Source: Felis catus
Taxonomy: Eukaryota
NCBI RefSeq assembly: GCF_018350175.1
Contig: NC_058368.1
Location: 179,926,001-179,990,000 of the forward strand
Direction of reading: 5' to 3'
DNA length: 64,000 nucleotides
Shown here: positions 12,797 through 25,530 of the stretch, piece by piece
How positions within the stretch are numbered: position 1 is the stretch's first letter
Layout of the letters: each line of letters starts with the position of its first letter
Notes under the pieces: model-generated
What the model saw: only the letters and a program-made list of their open reading frames with translations
What the model was told of the DNA's origin: nothing
Databases searched by the model: none
Made by a program: the position numbers and the translations under genes

Positions 12797-13085
12797 AGTT
12801 TTATTTTGAAGTAATTATTGATTCACAGGAAGTTTCAAAAATACTAGATAGGTCCATGTGCCCTTTTACCCCAGTTTCCTCCCAATGGTAACATCTTACA
12901 TAACAGTATGATCTCAAAACCAGGAAACTGACATCAGTACAATCCACAGACCTTACTCTTCAGATTTCAGAGTATAACGCACACTCATTTGTGTGTGTAC
13001 ATGCACATGCAGTTCTGTGTAATTTTATCACATGCAGATTCTTGTGCCCATTGATAGAGTCAGTGCAGAACTATTCCATCACTAC
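12797..13085 (-). mobile_element. Old L1 (L1MB/MC-like) 3' end fragment
   Basis: ttttattttgaagtaatt...cccagtttcctcccaatggtaacatcttacataac...aaaaccaggaaactgacat. Confidence 0.75.
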
Positions 13086-14492
13086 ATTTTTTTTAACCTG
13101 CCAAATAACCCTTGCCATTTTTTGTCTGGTCTCTACTGTTTGCTGTTTAACAGTGATTCCTGGACCATTACTTTCACAAGGAGTGTGCCTTTCAAGTTTT
13201 CCACCCATACCACTGTGTCCATGTGTTTAGAGCATGTGTTGGGAGATGGTTTGTCTGGGCAGGCATTTCTGTCCACTGGCCTCCTACGCAGGCTCACATT
13301 CAACTTGAGAAGTCTTGGAGGAGGTTTCTTTAAAACTAACTACTTTAGCTATCAGCTTTCCTTATAAGGACTGTAGGGATATTAGTGTCCTGGGATGCTG
13401 ATGATGGCTTCCAGATACAGGCTACCTGCTTCCCCTGTCCCTGAGAACTTACCGGAAAGCCTTTGGTGTTTAACATGCAAAGTACACAAGAGGGCAGAGG
13501 CATCTCAAGGTGAAGGAAGCCTAGGGCAGAGAGGACTTTGCAAGGGGATCCCACATAGGAAACTTCCCACTGCTTCATCTGGGGGCATTTGCCCAGAAGC
13601 AGGAGAGAGCAGGGCGGAGCAGACGAAGCCATGGAGAATATGACTCAACATTGTGCATATAAACCAAAATTAAGAGGTTGTGCTAATTAGCATCCCAGAA
13701 AGGCAAGGCAAGAGAGAAGCTTAGAGATCCTCTAAAACCCCACAAGTCAACAGTGAGAAAATTGAGGACCAGGAAAGGGCAGTGACTAACTCAAGGTCAA
13801 TAAGGTTCATGATGGTTGAACCCCAGATTAACATTTTACATATGTAAAGTGGTATATCTGTTCTATCTCATGGCTCTGATTTTAAATGGGCCAGTTAACA
13901 ACAACAACAACAAAACATTGCAGTGATGTGTAAGCAGGGCTGTGTAATTACCAACTTCATTTTTGGTTCTCAAGAAAGTGATTAAATCTCATAGTGGTCC
14001 ACAATAGTTGTTGAATCTGGGGGTTGTTGTTGTTTTCCTGTAATATGTCTAACTTCACAAAGACCTCAGGAGCTCAAAGATTCAAGATTCTGCAGACACA
14101 GATTCCTGAATCACTCAGGAACTACTGTCAGACCCTCCTTCTCCAGGCCATGCATATATTTGTTACTCGAAGGCCTGAACTCAGCTCTGATCTTCTCTTT
14201 TATTTCTACCCAGTGTCAGCATGTGGTCCTAGGGTGAGAGGAGGGGCAAATAAACCCACTGCTAAAAGGATGAATTAGCCAACAGAACTAAGTGTGTGTG
14301 TGTGTGTGGGGGGTGTCGATTACTTTATACTTCTAATCAATTTCATCAGGATACATTTATTGGGCAGAACCTATAAGACCCAAAAGTATAATTCATATTC
14401 TCAGGTGGCTTATGGTAAAACTAGGGACAAGAAACACATGTGTACAAGAGAGTTTTTAGTGATTTAACATTCCACATGAAAATTGGCAAATG

Positions 14493-14692
14493 CGGGGAGA
14501 GGCACCTGGGTGGCTCCGTCAGTTAAGCGTCCAACTCTTGATTTCAGCTCAGGCCATGATCTCAGAGTCGTGGAATTGAGCCCTGCGTCGGGCTCTGCAC
14601 TGACTTGGAGCCTTCTTGAGATTCTCTTTCTTTCCTGTGCCACTCTCCCCTACTCATGCATGCTTGCTCTCTCTCTAAAATAAAAATTAAAA
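14493..14692 (+). mobile_element. CAN-SINE (SINEC), outer copy of a nested pair
   Basis: ggcacctgggtggctccgtcagttaagcgtcc tRNA-derived head, CT-rich tract, A tail; TSD gaaaattggcaaatg at 14478-14492 and 14946-14960. Confidence 0.92.
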
Positions 14693-14920
14693 GGGTACCT
14701 GGGTAGCTTATTTGGTTAAACGTCTGACTTTGGCGCCGGTCATGATCTCACAGTTGGTGGGTCCAAGCCCTGTATTGGGCTCTGTGCTGACAGCTCAAAG
14801 CCTGGAACCTGCTTTGGATTCTGTGTCTCCCTCTCTCTGCACCCTCCACCCCCACCGCTTGTGCTCTGTCTCTCTCTGTCTCTCAAAAAATGAATAAATG
14901 TTAAAAAATATTTTAATAAA
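14693..14920 (+). mobile_element. Felid-type SINEC (SINEC_Fc-like) inserted in the A tail of the preceding SINE
   Basis: gggtacctgggtag...ggctctgtgctgacagctcaaagcctggaacctgctttggattctgtgtctccc...aataaatgttaaaaaa. Confidence 0.92.
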
Positions 14921-15039
14921 AAAATTAAAATTTAAAAAAGAAAAAGAAAATTGGCAAATGAGTGGCCATGATGCATAGTAAAGGCTTGAGAGCTCAGAGA
15001 AGAAAAATGGCTTTAGGGAGTCTAGCCTAAAGGTTAGAA

Positions 15040-15260
15040 ACATAGCTTTGGCAACCTGATAGATCTAGGTCTGATTTTCAGCTATTGTGCATACTGAGTC
15101 TATGAACTCAGGCATATTACTTGATGCTTCTGAGCCTAGATTTCCTCACTGTAGGATGAGGATAAGAATTGTACTTAACCTCCTAGGGTTTTTGTGAAAG
15201 TTAATAAAATAATGAGTATGAATAACTTAGTACTATGCTTGGCACATGGGACATAAAGTT
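15040..15260 (+). mobile_element. MIR
   Basis: ttacttgatgcttctgagcctagatttcctcactgtaggatgaggataa...cttggcacat. Confidence 0.7.
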
Positions 15261-15319
15261 CTAGCTACTGTTACTGCTGCATTTCTTTGTTGCTGTTATA
15301 ATTGTAAAGACTTTACCTG

Positions 15320-16300
15320 GGCCTAAATGATGATTGGAATTCACAAAGTCAACAAGGCAAATAGTATGTGCAAATACAGAGGTAAACCTGTATAAGGTGT
15401 ATTTCAAGGACACAGGCAGAGCCATCTTGTGGAGGTGCGGGATTGTGAGGCAGAACAACAGGTGATAAGATCAGGAAGAGTTGGCAAGCCTTGCCTGAAA
15501 GGTATATGGATTTTAGATGTAGGTACTGAGAATGTAGATGGCTTCCAACCCAGGAAAAGTCATGATGAAAATATTTATTGTGGAAGAGGAGCCTAGGATG
15601 GGAAGAGGTGGAAAAAGTAAAGGCTGGGGGCAGAAGATGAGGCTGAGTCCAATGTAAGGGGTCAGGGCTCATGCTTGTAAAAGAGAGCAGTCAGAAGTGA
15701 AGGAGGAACCAAAGATGCCAATAGGGGCCAAGTCAACAGAAATGGGCAATCAGTGAGGTATTAGTGGCTGGGGGAAAAAAACTAGAAAATGATGAGTTTC
15801 AAGCTCAGATGATACAAGGTATGATAGCAAAGCTCCATAGTCATTCATCGTTGCAGCCATCAAAATGTTTTTTGAACCTACTAAATGCCAACTCTGGGGG
15901 AAGCCGTAGGAAGTAAGATACAGAGATCTGTGAGATTCTTAGAGCTTCCAGTCCACGAAGACTGAAAGGCCAGGAGGAAGAGCCAGACATGAAGATCATA
16001 AGTTGGCTGTGAAGTGATGTCAAGTCCTTCCACGGGCAGTGTGGATGGAGCATCTTCTGTGTGCTTGGAAATTGGTGAGCCTGACATCCCATCCTCTTGA
16101 CCCTGCTGGTGAAATGACTTTGGTCTTTGGGCCACAACCATGTCTACAGTCCCCATCTTCCATGGTTTTAATAAGAGGGATATAGGTGAAATAATCTTAC
16201 AGCCTTAAGAGAAAATATCATGTGGGTAATTGGAGATATAGGAGCTGAGCTGAAGAGCAAGTTCAAGGAGGGGAAGCATCTGCCTAGAGGTGATAATTGA
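15320..16300 (-). mobile_element. Degraded L2 fragments
   Basis: Purine-rich L2-like text (tggattttagatgtaggtactgagaa, aggaaccaaagatgcc, gaggtgataattgaag). Confidence 0.45.
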
Positions 16301-16667
16301 AGTTATACATTTAAATATGCATTGGTACATGTAAAATAGAAGATGCTTTGCAGAAATTAAGTTTGTATCAAACCTATTAAGGAAACACTCCTCCTCCTAC
16401 CAGACCTCAATTACCCACATGTAGATAGTCTCTCTTGTGACAAATTTTAAATCTCAGGAATGTACATCCCTGTCATCAGTCTGTTTGAGAACCACCTCCC
16501 ATACCCCCCATCCCCAGCCTTCTCTACTGCCTTGTGTGAGCTCAGCGAATATAACACTGTTCTATTCCTTAAGTAACATAGGAATAGAAGATAAATTACT
16601 GGAATATCAGGCTACAAAGTGACAATAATTGGGCCTAACCATGATACCATATGTTAATAATAGAAAG

Positions 16668-16880
16668 GGGGTGCCTAGGAGGTTCAGTCAGTTAAGCATC
16701 CAACTTCGGTTCAGGTCATGATCTCACGGTTTGTGAGTTTGAGCCCCGTGTCGGGCTCTGGGCCAACAGCTCAGCGCCTCGAGCCCACTTTGGATTCTGT
16801 GCCTCCCTTTCTCTCTGCCCCTCCCCTGTCTCATACTCTGTTTCTCTCTCCTTCAAGAATAAATAAACATTTAAAAAAAG
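16668..16880 (+). mobile_element. Felid-type SINEC
   Basis: gggtgcctaggaggttcagtcagttaagcatccaacttcggttcaggtcatgatctcacgg...aataaataaacatttaaaaaaa. Confidence 0.92.
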
Positions 16881-18129
16881 AGAAGAGAAAGTCAAGGATT
16901 ATCTACTTTTTTTTTTTTATAATCTTGTCGTTTTGACATGGATTTTCTTTGCTTGTCCCGACATTACCCTTCAAGAAGGAATAAACTGTGATACACCCAT
17001 TTTCCAGATGATAAGATTAAGTTTTGATCAGTGTGTCATTTGGCAAAAGTCAGCAGACAACAGTTGGGCCTAGGCCTCCCCACCTACCCTATACCTACCC
17101 TATCCTTAGTAACAGACCCAACCAGGTTTTAGACACTGTCCATAGACCTTTCTGTCTACTCAGATTCCTCTCCCCTCAGCCATGCTAGCAACAGGAAGAA
17201 AGGAAAAGTAACCAAAGAGGCTGCTAGAAAATGAAGGCAAAGAGGCAGGTGTGCAGCTTCTATCAGAGCCAGAGGGCAGGACACAGGTGGTGTTTGAACC
17301 CAGTGGGAATGGGTGCTAAAGGGACTTGGCATCCTGCCCCTGACCCAGCCAGGCAATGGAAGGAAGTCTCTAATTGCTTCCTGCTCCTCAAGAGAAGGGC
17401 GAGAAGGTAATTAGCTGGGGATACCACTCTATGCAATTACTCAAAGCTGGTTTTATGGGATGGTTCCACTCTGTTGCCTGTCTGGAAGAGGGAGAGGCGG
17501 TATATTTAAAGAGAAGCAGTCAGCTGGACAAACCGATCTGTAGAGAGAGCAGCATTTAACACAGCGGTAGCAACTGCCTCCCGTATGCACATGCCATAAC
17601 AGGTTACGGGACAAAGGCATAGTGAGGGAGAGAGAGAGAGATAATCAGGAAAACACAGAGATAGGGAAAAAGGAATGAATTGGGAAAAAACAGAGATGAC
17701 AAGCCACAATCCAACAAAGCATAAGAAAAAGACAAAATCCAGTATAGATTGTTTTTTTAAAAAAAATGTCCCCTTGCCCTATCTTTCTCAGCCGTTGTGT
17801 TTTCCTCTGTTTTTCAGTTTCTATTTGCGATGACTCTGTAGGACATGCATTCCAGAAGGGAAAATCAATAAGCCCTGTCTCTGCCAGCTAGTGGAATTTG
17901 GAATTGACGGTTTCAAAACAAAGCTGGGCAGGCGGCCTTTGTGTTCTCTAGTTAGTCTGGGTTGCCGCACTGCCCGAGTCTGCCCTCCCGCTTCCTGAGA
18001 TTAATGAGGGCTGTCTCCGCCCGCCCGGTGAGCAGCCAGTAATCTTGTGTGAGGGTGAGGGAGGTGTGTGGAGGGACATGAAGCACCCACCCGCTGGTAG
18101 CATCCCTGTCTGCGAATCTCGGTGACCAT

Positions 18130-18614
18130 TCATTCTGTCATTGTGCCTGGAACAGAGTTCACGCTCCTGGTCATGCCCTGCAAGACTCTACATGGCTGGG
18201 CCCTCCCTCACCCACATCATGCTTCCTGTGCTCCGTTTCATCCCTTGAACAACCCAAGCTCCTTCCCTGCATGGGACACCAAGCCCTTGGACCTCTATAG
18301 GGTCAGTTCCTTCAGATCCTATAGGTCTCAGCTTGAACGTCACCTCCTCAAAGTAGCCTTCACTGACCCACCCAAAGCAGCTCCCCCAGCCCCCACTGTC
18401 CCTCCTCTCTATCCCATTACCCAGTTATATTTCTCCAGGGTACTTATTGCCCTCTGAAATTATCTTGTTCATTAATTTGTCAACCTGTCTCTGTATGTCA
18501 CACAGAATGAACATGTATAGGCAGGGACCCTGCTGCCTCTATCACCGTGGAATCCCCAGTGCCCCAGTGGTTTGTGGCAGAGAGTAAGGTCGACTAAAAT
18601 GCATCAAATCAATG
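18130..18614 (+). mobile_element. L2 3' fragment
   Basis: ggtctcagcttgaacgtcacctcctcaaagtagccttcactgacc...cttattgccctctgaaattatcttgttc. Confidence 0.7.
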
Positions 18615-19345
18615 TTTGTTCATTCATTTCTCAAGTATTTGCAGTTGACCTATTACATATAGGAAATCATGCACGATCATTATAACATTTAATATGAAAA
18701 TAATATTACAAAATAACAAGATACCATTCTTGTACTCCAACAACTCAGTCAGATGAGGGGACAGACTAGTAAATGAGCAGTTGCAGAACATGGGCCAAGA
18801 CTCCATTGGACGTAAGGATGAAGAGGTGGGAAAGCACCCAGACAGGCCTGATTCTGGCTTCACTCAGGAAGTGACATGAGTTGGGTCTTGAAGGATGAGT
18901 AGGAGTTCATGCAAGGGAAGGACTTTGCAGACAGAAGGGGAACTGCATGTAAAAAAAAAATCACCCATCTGTGCAAAGGCACAAAGGTGTGTGAAAGAGT
19001 TGAGGCTTGTCAGAGAGATTGACAGCTAGAAAATGAGCAACAGAGGCAGTGGAGAGAGATGAGGTTAGTGAGGCAGGGAGTTGGGGCCGGAGGTAGGGAG
19101 GACTTCGAATGTCATGATCCACAGCACGAGATCCATGGAAGGGCTTATAATAAGGGAATGGCAAGATCAGATTTTAATTTAAGAAAGACCATGCCGGTGA
19201 CAGTGGGGAGGACAGACTGCCAAGGGGAGACTCAAGTCCAGTCGCCTGTGGGGATACTTGTGCAGTTATTAAGAGATGACAGGGCCCTGAAGCTGGGCTC
19301 AGTGGACCCAAAGAGGCAGCAGCAAACTTCAGAGACCTGCAGGGA
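18615..19345 (-). mobile_element. L2 fragment, tail-to-tail with the preceding L2
   Basis: ttcattcatt 3' end; gttgggtcttgaaggatgagtaggagt; tgtgcaaaggcac; gatcagattttaatttaagaaagacc. Confidence 0.7.
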
Positions 19346-19688
19346 CTGACTGGGTGGGTGAATTGAGTGTGTCACCAGGGCCTAGCAGGCCAGAGGCAGA
19401 GGCGGCTTTCAACACAAGGCATCTCTGCCAACTTGTACCTAGGAGTAGTGCTTGCCTCTTGTGAGGAAAGCCATGCTGCCTTTGGAAGGTGGGTTGGGAA
19501 ATCTGCTCACAAGGGGGCACACCGATACTGCTCTATCACCTCCCCAAGGTACAGCCAGTTTTCTAGCCTTTCCTCCTTTGCATTCGTGGCTCTGAGTATG
19601 TCAGGTTCAGAAGTGCTGATGGAGGAAGTTGGACTGGACCCCAGTCTGCTAAGTGCTACCCAAATAAGCTGTCTTTAAAAAGGGATCA

Positions 19689-19814
19689 GGGGTTCCTGGG
19701 TGGCTCAGTTGGTTGAGTGTCCAACTCTTGATCTCAGCTCGGGTCTTGATCTCAGGGTCATGAGTTCAAGCCCTGTGTTGGGCTCTGCGCTGGGCATGGA
19801 ACCTACTCAAAAAA
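19689..19814 (+). mobile_element. Short CAN-SINE lacking the (CT)n tract
   Basis: ggggttcctgggtggctcagttggttgagtgtccaactcttgatctcagc...ggaacctactcaaaaaaa. Confidence 0.85.
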
Positions 19815-21129
19815 GGGGTGGGGGGGTTCATGGTCAGCCCACCTCCCTTTCTTCCTTCCCTTCGTTTCTTCCCTCCTGCCTTCTGTCTGCTCTTCCATCT
19901 TTCCATTCTTCCTTCCACACGTTCATTGAGCCCATACCCTTACCAGACCTGAAGCAGCTCCTAGAAACAAAAAGATGAGTAAGACATTGTCCCTGTTCTT
20001 GACAGATTTCATCTTCAGAGGGAGGGAAACATATATAAATTCTTCCCTAGAGCACTCTTTCTTATCTGTTCCATGGCCAGCAATGCAAGTGCTCAATAAA
20101 TACCAGTTGATTTATTAAAGTAAATCCACTGAAATGAGAAAAATAGTAGAAAACACTGGTGAATTAGATCCCATTAGTCTGGAAAAGATATGTTACTGGG
20201 TTGTTCAAAGGCAAGGAGGTGGTGGTGGTAAGTGCCCCGTCCTGGAAGTATACCTGGAATTGGCAATTGTGTAAGTGACAAGTAGAATCCCTTGCTGGCA
20301 CGATCACACAGTTTTATAGTCTTTGTTAGCCATCCTCTATTGGGCTTTGCATATTTCTTATGCTCACTCTAAGTTATAACTGTCGGCTCAGTTGTCTTTC
20401 TCCTCCAATGGCCTGAAGCTATATAGACAGAGAGGTCAAGTCTGTCTTGTTCACCGTCTGTTTGTTTGCAAGAGTCAGTCCTGTGCCCGGCACCTATGAT
20501 AGGTGTTCAAACAATGGAAATGAATAAGTGGATGACTTTCAGAACAAAAAGACTCCAGCACTTCAAGAATTACTAAAACCCTGAATGAAAGAGCATGATT
20601 ACATCTGGGAACAAAGAAAAATTAAAGCAAAGCACCAAGAACCAACCCAGAGAAACGCTCATGTTTTTTTTCCCCCTCAGGATAATGGAGCCTGCTATTC
20701 TGACTCCAGCACTGAAATTTACTATCTGGAGTATTTTCATTTGTGGATAATATTCTTTTTTAACTCACCACAGATATGTAACCCTCCCCGCCCCGAGCAT
20801 TAAATCCACAGGAAATAAGGGGTTTAAACAGGCATGTAAAATAGAATCTCATCTTTCCTGCACACTGGCAAAAGGCATAGTGATTCTGGGCTCCTCAGAG
20901 TAGGGCTTAGTGGTCTTATGAGAAATTCACCATCGGGCTGAGCTTTTGCCTGGAGATTTTTAGCTCTAAAAAGAAATGAAAGGGTGTGATCAGAAGAGTC
21001 AAGATGAGTATTTACAGTAAAGATTACACTTTGAGACTCTAGTAACTATTGATGTTCTGATTCTTTGTCTCATTGGAGTCAATGTAGTGTTTTGAAAAAT
21101 ATGAATATAAGGTATAAATGGAAAGTATG

Positions 21130-21290
21130 AGTTTTGGAATCAGGCTTGATTAATTTATTGTTTATTATTATTATTATTATTATTATTACTACTACAGCTT
21201 TGCTGCTTATGACCTGTGTGGCTTTGGGCAAGTTACTTAACCTTTCTGAGCTTCAGTCTCCTCACCTATAAAATGGGGAAAATACTAGTG
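21130..21290 (+). mobile_element. MIR interrupted by a (TTA)n microsatellite (about 21163-21188)
   Basis: ctgtgtggctttgggcaagttacttaacctttctgagcttcagtctcctcacctataaaatgggg. Confidence 0.8.
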
Positions 21291-21329
21291 AGGAGTTAAA
21301 CAGGGCAAGTATGTCCCTTACCTGTATGA

Positions 21330-21520
21330 GTAATAATGCTTTATCATTTGCCTAAAGTCTTCATAGGTATTATCTTATTTAATTACCACAACAGTCCTGC
21401 CAGATCATTAGGGAAAAGTTTATTAGCCTCTAGGTATAGATGAGGAAGTTGAGGCTCAAAGAAATGCAGGAATTCTCCCAAAGCAGCAGAGCTGGTCAGC
21501 GGCAAGGCTGGGACAGGATC
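21330..21520 (-). mobile_element. MIR
   Basis: tatagatgaggaagttgaggctcaaagaa...gctggtcagcggcaaggctggga. Confidence 0.7.
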
Positions 21521-21754
21521 TCAGGATGCATCATTGCTGTTCTGAGAGGTTAAGTCAGGAAGAGCTCTGAGATTTGGTGAGCATGGAGTGATGTCTTGTA
21601 GGAAAACAGCAGGTGCAGATCAGTGGAGAATGTTGTGAAGGCATTTCTGGCTTCCAGCACCAGCCAAGACCCTGGGTAAGAATAAGCTGTGATGGTCACC
21701 ACTGGGAAAGAATTTCTGAGAAAACCAGCAAGGATGTCTGAAAGTGTGAGTTCA

Positions 21755-22097
21755 TTTTTTAATTAATAGACTTAATTCTTTTAAGAGCAATTTTAGGTTT
21801 ACAGAAGAATTAGGCAGAAAGTGCATAGTCTCTACACCTCCTACCCCCACACATAGTTTCTTCCGTTACCATCTTGCACTACTGTAGTGCATTTGTTACG
21901 ATTGCTAAGCCAATATTGATACACTTGACTAAGACTGTAGTTTATAGTAGGGTTCACTCCTGGTGTGGGACGTGGGTTTTGGCAAATGTATAATGATACA
22001 TATCCACCTTTGTAGTAAGGTGCAGAATAGTTTCACTGCCCTAAAAATTCTCTGTGCTCCCCCATTTATCCCTCCCTCCATTCTCTCAAGCCCCAGA
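21755..22097 (-). mobile_element. Old L1 (L1MC/MD-like) 3' end fragment
   Basis: aatagacttaattcttttaagagcaattttaggtttacagaa...cagaatagtttcactgccctaaaaat. Confidence 0.8.
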
Positions 22098-22971
22098 GTG
22101 TGAGCTTTTAAATATACAAGGAAATCCCTTCATTTTTCACAGCCTTTCCCAATGGCTATTCCCCACAGCTATTGCCAATATTTATTCAGACCCAAACAGC
22201 ACAAGTCTTTTTTTTTTTTTCCTTCTTTGAGAGAGGGTAAGTGACACCCTGCAAGTTTAAGTGCCATAGAGAAAATCAGCAAGAAAGCCAGGACCAGTCC
22301 CAACTTCCCCACCCATAGCCTGAGGTATGAGCATTAGAATTGCCTCCGGACAGCTCTCCTTCACAGAAGACCTGTAATTCAAAAGACCTGCCCAGGCCTC
22401 ATGTTCTGTATAGACCGCATGAACTCTGAGGGTGTTTCAATAATGGTTGAATTCTTAGGTTTCCAAGTGAGACTTCCTGGAGTCAAATGAGCCCTGGCTC
22501 TTACCACCTATGTGATCTTAAGCAAAATATGTAACTTTCTTAGTCTTGGTTTCCTGTTATGTTAAGTGGAAATATTACCCTCATCATAGTGTTGTTATGA
22601 AGATTAATAATAATTATTGCTCCTTTATCTCATCTCTGAGATTCTATTTGAATCAGACCAACACCTCTGATGAACTATCTTCTCCTCCTAGAAAAAATAC
22701 TTGCCTGAAGAAAAAGCGTAGACTTCCAGTGTTCTGCTTCAGACTCTTAAAAATAGTTAACTTCATCACACCTTCTCTTCTTCCTTCCAGTGGGGCTGTC
22801 CTGTTCTGGTCTATGGCTTGTAATAGGCAAATTACAAAATGGGTCAGAGAAAAAGAGGTGTACCTTCCCCACCCTGATCCCTCTTCCTGTACCCATCAAG
22901 ACACAGAAAGTACCAAAAGAGCCCAGGGGTTCTAGTCTCAGTCACAGCTTTCCGGTTAACTGCTGCCTACT

Positions 22972-23410
22972 TGTGATGGGCTAGTAATGGCTCCCCACAG
23001 GTGGCCACACCCTAATCCTGGAATATGTTACTATGTACCCTCCATGGCAAAAGGGACTTTGCAGATGTGATTAAATGAAGGATCTTGAGATGGATAGACT
23101 ATCCTGAATTATTCAAGTGGGCCTAATATCATCAGAAGGGTCTTTATGAGAAAGAAGACACATACTGAAAGCAGAGGGAGAAAGACCATGTGATGCAGCA
23201 AATGAGGACAGAACCACTCCTGGAAAAGACAAGGAAGCAGATTCTCCCCTAGAACCCCCGGAAGGAACACAGCCCTACTTACATTTTGATGTTAGCCCGG
23301 TGAAACTGACCTAGAACTTCTGACCTTCAGAATGCTAAGAAATTGTATGCATATTTTAAGCCTCTAAATCTGTGATAATTTGTTATGGCAGCAATAGGAA
23401 ACCAATACTG
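22972..23410 (+). mobile_element. MaLR solo LTR (MLT1D-like), inserted in a MIR
   Basis: tgtgatgggc...catggcaaaagggactttgcagatgtgattaa...agattctcccctagaa...aatttgttatggcagcaataggaaaccaatac. Confidence 0.88.
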
Positions 23411-23561
23411 ATACTACCCTTAGGCTGCTACTTAACCTCTTGGTCTTGGCTTCTTCATCTGTTAAAATAAGTAATTGGTGCGTTGTGATCAGTGGATTTC
23501 AGTGTGTAGTCTGAGACAAGACCCTACAAGTAAAAAGTTACTCTTAAAATATGTTCTTTAA

Positions 23562-23732
23562 GGGGCACCGCCTGGGTGGCTCAGTTGCTTAAGCATCCAA
23601 CTTCAGTTCAGGTCATGATCCCATGATTTGTGGGTTTGAACCCTGCATCGGGCTCTGTGCCGACAGCTCAGAGCTTGGAGCCTGCTTCGGATTCTGTGTC
23701 TCTATCTTGCTCTGCCTGTCCCCCACTCATAT

Positions 23733-23804
<72 letters not shown>

Positions 23805-23828
23805 GAATAAACATAAAAAAATTTTTTT
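23562..23828 (+). mobile_element. Felid-type SINEC with expanded (CT)n (about 23735-23802)
   Basis: ggggcaccgcctgggtggctcagttgcttaagcatcc...gacagctcagagcttggagcctgcttcggattctgtgtc. Confidence 0.93.
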
Positions 23829-23832
23829 AATA

Positions 23833-24048
23833 TTTTTTTAAGTTTATTTCTTTATTTTGAGAGAGAGAGAGAGCATGCATACACTTGAAATGGGAAGGGG
23901 AAAAGAGAGAGGGAAAAAGAATCCCAAGCAGGATCCCTGCTGTCAGCGTAGAGCCCAATGCAGGGCTCAGTCTCACGAACTGTGAGGTCATGACCTCAGC
24001 CGAAATCAAGGGTTGGATGTTCAACCGACTGAGCCACCAAGGCACCCC
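23833..24048 (-). mobile_element. CAN-SINE, antisense, tail-to-tail with the preceding SINE
   Basis: Reverse complement of head ...accgactgagccaccaaggcacccc ending 24048; degenerate TSD taaaaagttactcttaa (23531-23547) / taaaaagttatttttaa (24049-24065). Confidence 0.92.
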
Positions 24049-25359
24049 TAAAAAGTTATTTTTAATAATGATAAAGTTTTAAATTCTGCCTTTTAGACTT
24101 TGGTGTTCCACATGAGATTTTGTATAGCCAAGAGACCTACTTTAAAAAAACTTGAAAAATCACTGGACTGGATAGATGATCTTTCAGGTAGGTTCAGATT
24201 GTAAAGTGTAATGATTCTTTCAGACCATCATCCATCAGAGAGGAGCTAGGTTGTGTCATTTGAGACAAAACTCAGCAGCAGAGTCAAGAAGCCAGGGTCT
24301 GGTGGAGACCAGAAAAGAAGATCAGAATAATACCATATGTCAGTGTCTGGAAACTGGTTACCCAGGTTGAGGGTCTGGGATAGGCTCACCTTCAGAGAAA
24401 AAGAAAAGGTAATGTTGGATGTTGACTGGGAGAGATTTTCTGGAACGGGGCTGAAGGTCTCTGAAATCTTTGGGGCATCCTTGTGACTGGTTACAGATTT
24501 CTGCAGCAGGTCTGAGTTCAACCAGCTTTCCTGCACAGCCTCTCTTCCTACTTGCTGTACCAGTTAGACTGGTTTGCATGTCAGGGAAATGGCTGCTTCA
24601 GGAAAAAGGATTCTTTAAGGACTTGCAGGACAGAAGACTTGGTCAGCCACAGCGCTCAGGAAACATTTGCTGGATAAATAAAGAAGTCCTTTGTGCAGCG
24701 GGTGAGAATGGTGGTTTTCAGAGCCTGAGAAGTCAGCCTCAACACTGCTCATGATGATTACGGGTGTGTTATTGGAGCTGGTGTTTCAGAGTGCCTTGTA
24801 GTATCAGAACTGACAAATCCACATGCACAGCGCTTGCCACGTGAGAGCAGAGCAGTTCTGTGTCCGCCACCAGTGTTCAGCTCTGTAAGGGGACAGTGTG
24901 TTACAATGTGTCCATTTAGAATGACAGCCATTATTTGCCATTGTTAACAATCTTCTTTAAAGCTGTCTCTATAACCAGCCCGCAGGCGCAAGTGCCCAAA
25001 GCTAAATGACTTCTAAATGCCAGTGATCAGCTCTCAGGTACTGTGTCTGCCAGGAAAACTACCTAGCCAGACAAATAAGTATCTACTAGATAAGATTTGG
25101 TTTATACAGCACACGGCCCAGCAGCAGTTGTGAGATTTTATAGCTAATTAGCATTTTATTATGGAAGTTTGCACTTCTTTTTCTGCTTTCTGAAGGAATA
25201 CCATTTCTTGGGCTCAGCAATGAGGTATATGTGCTGACATCCCTCTAAAGCCTGTGACTTTAGAGGCTGGTTCAAGAAAGGGGTAGTAGCTTCAAACAGA
25301 CACTCATTGTTCTTGGTAACTAATAAGTTCTTAAAGAACCCTTAATCTGATTAATTTCT

Positions 25360-25530
25360 ACCTATTATCTCACTTAATGCCCATGAAAACCTTATGATTA
25401 TTATCCCCAGTTTACGGATGGTAAAACTGAGGCACAGAGAAAGTGATAAATCACAGGGTCATATGCTAATAAGTGGCAGAACTGGGACGTGAACCCAGAG
25501 AGTGTAAATCTAGCACCTGTAACTGCTATG
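25360..25530 (-). mobile_element. MIR
   Basis: attatccccagtttacggatggtaaaactgaggcacagaga...ctaataagtggcagaactggga. Confidence 0.8.

Noticed and set aside
13892..13920. cagtt(aac)n resembling the LNNNN start of the next SLIT3 exon
   Set aside because: Simple (AAC)n repeat with no LRR continuation, no pyrimidine tract, and upstream of exon 6. The next SLIT3 exon was not found in the window.
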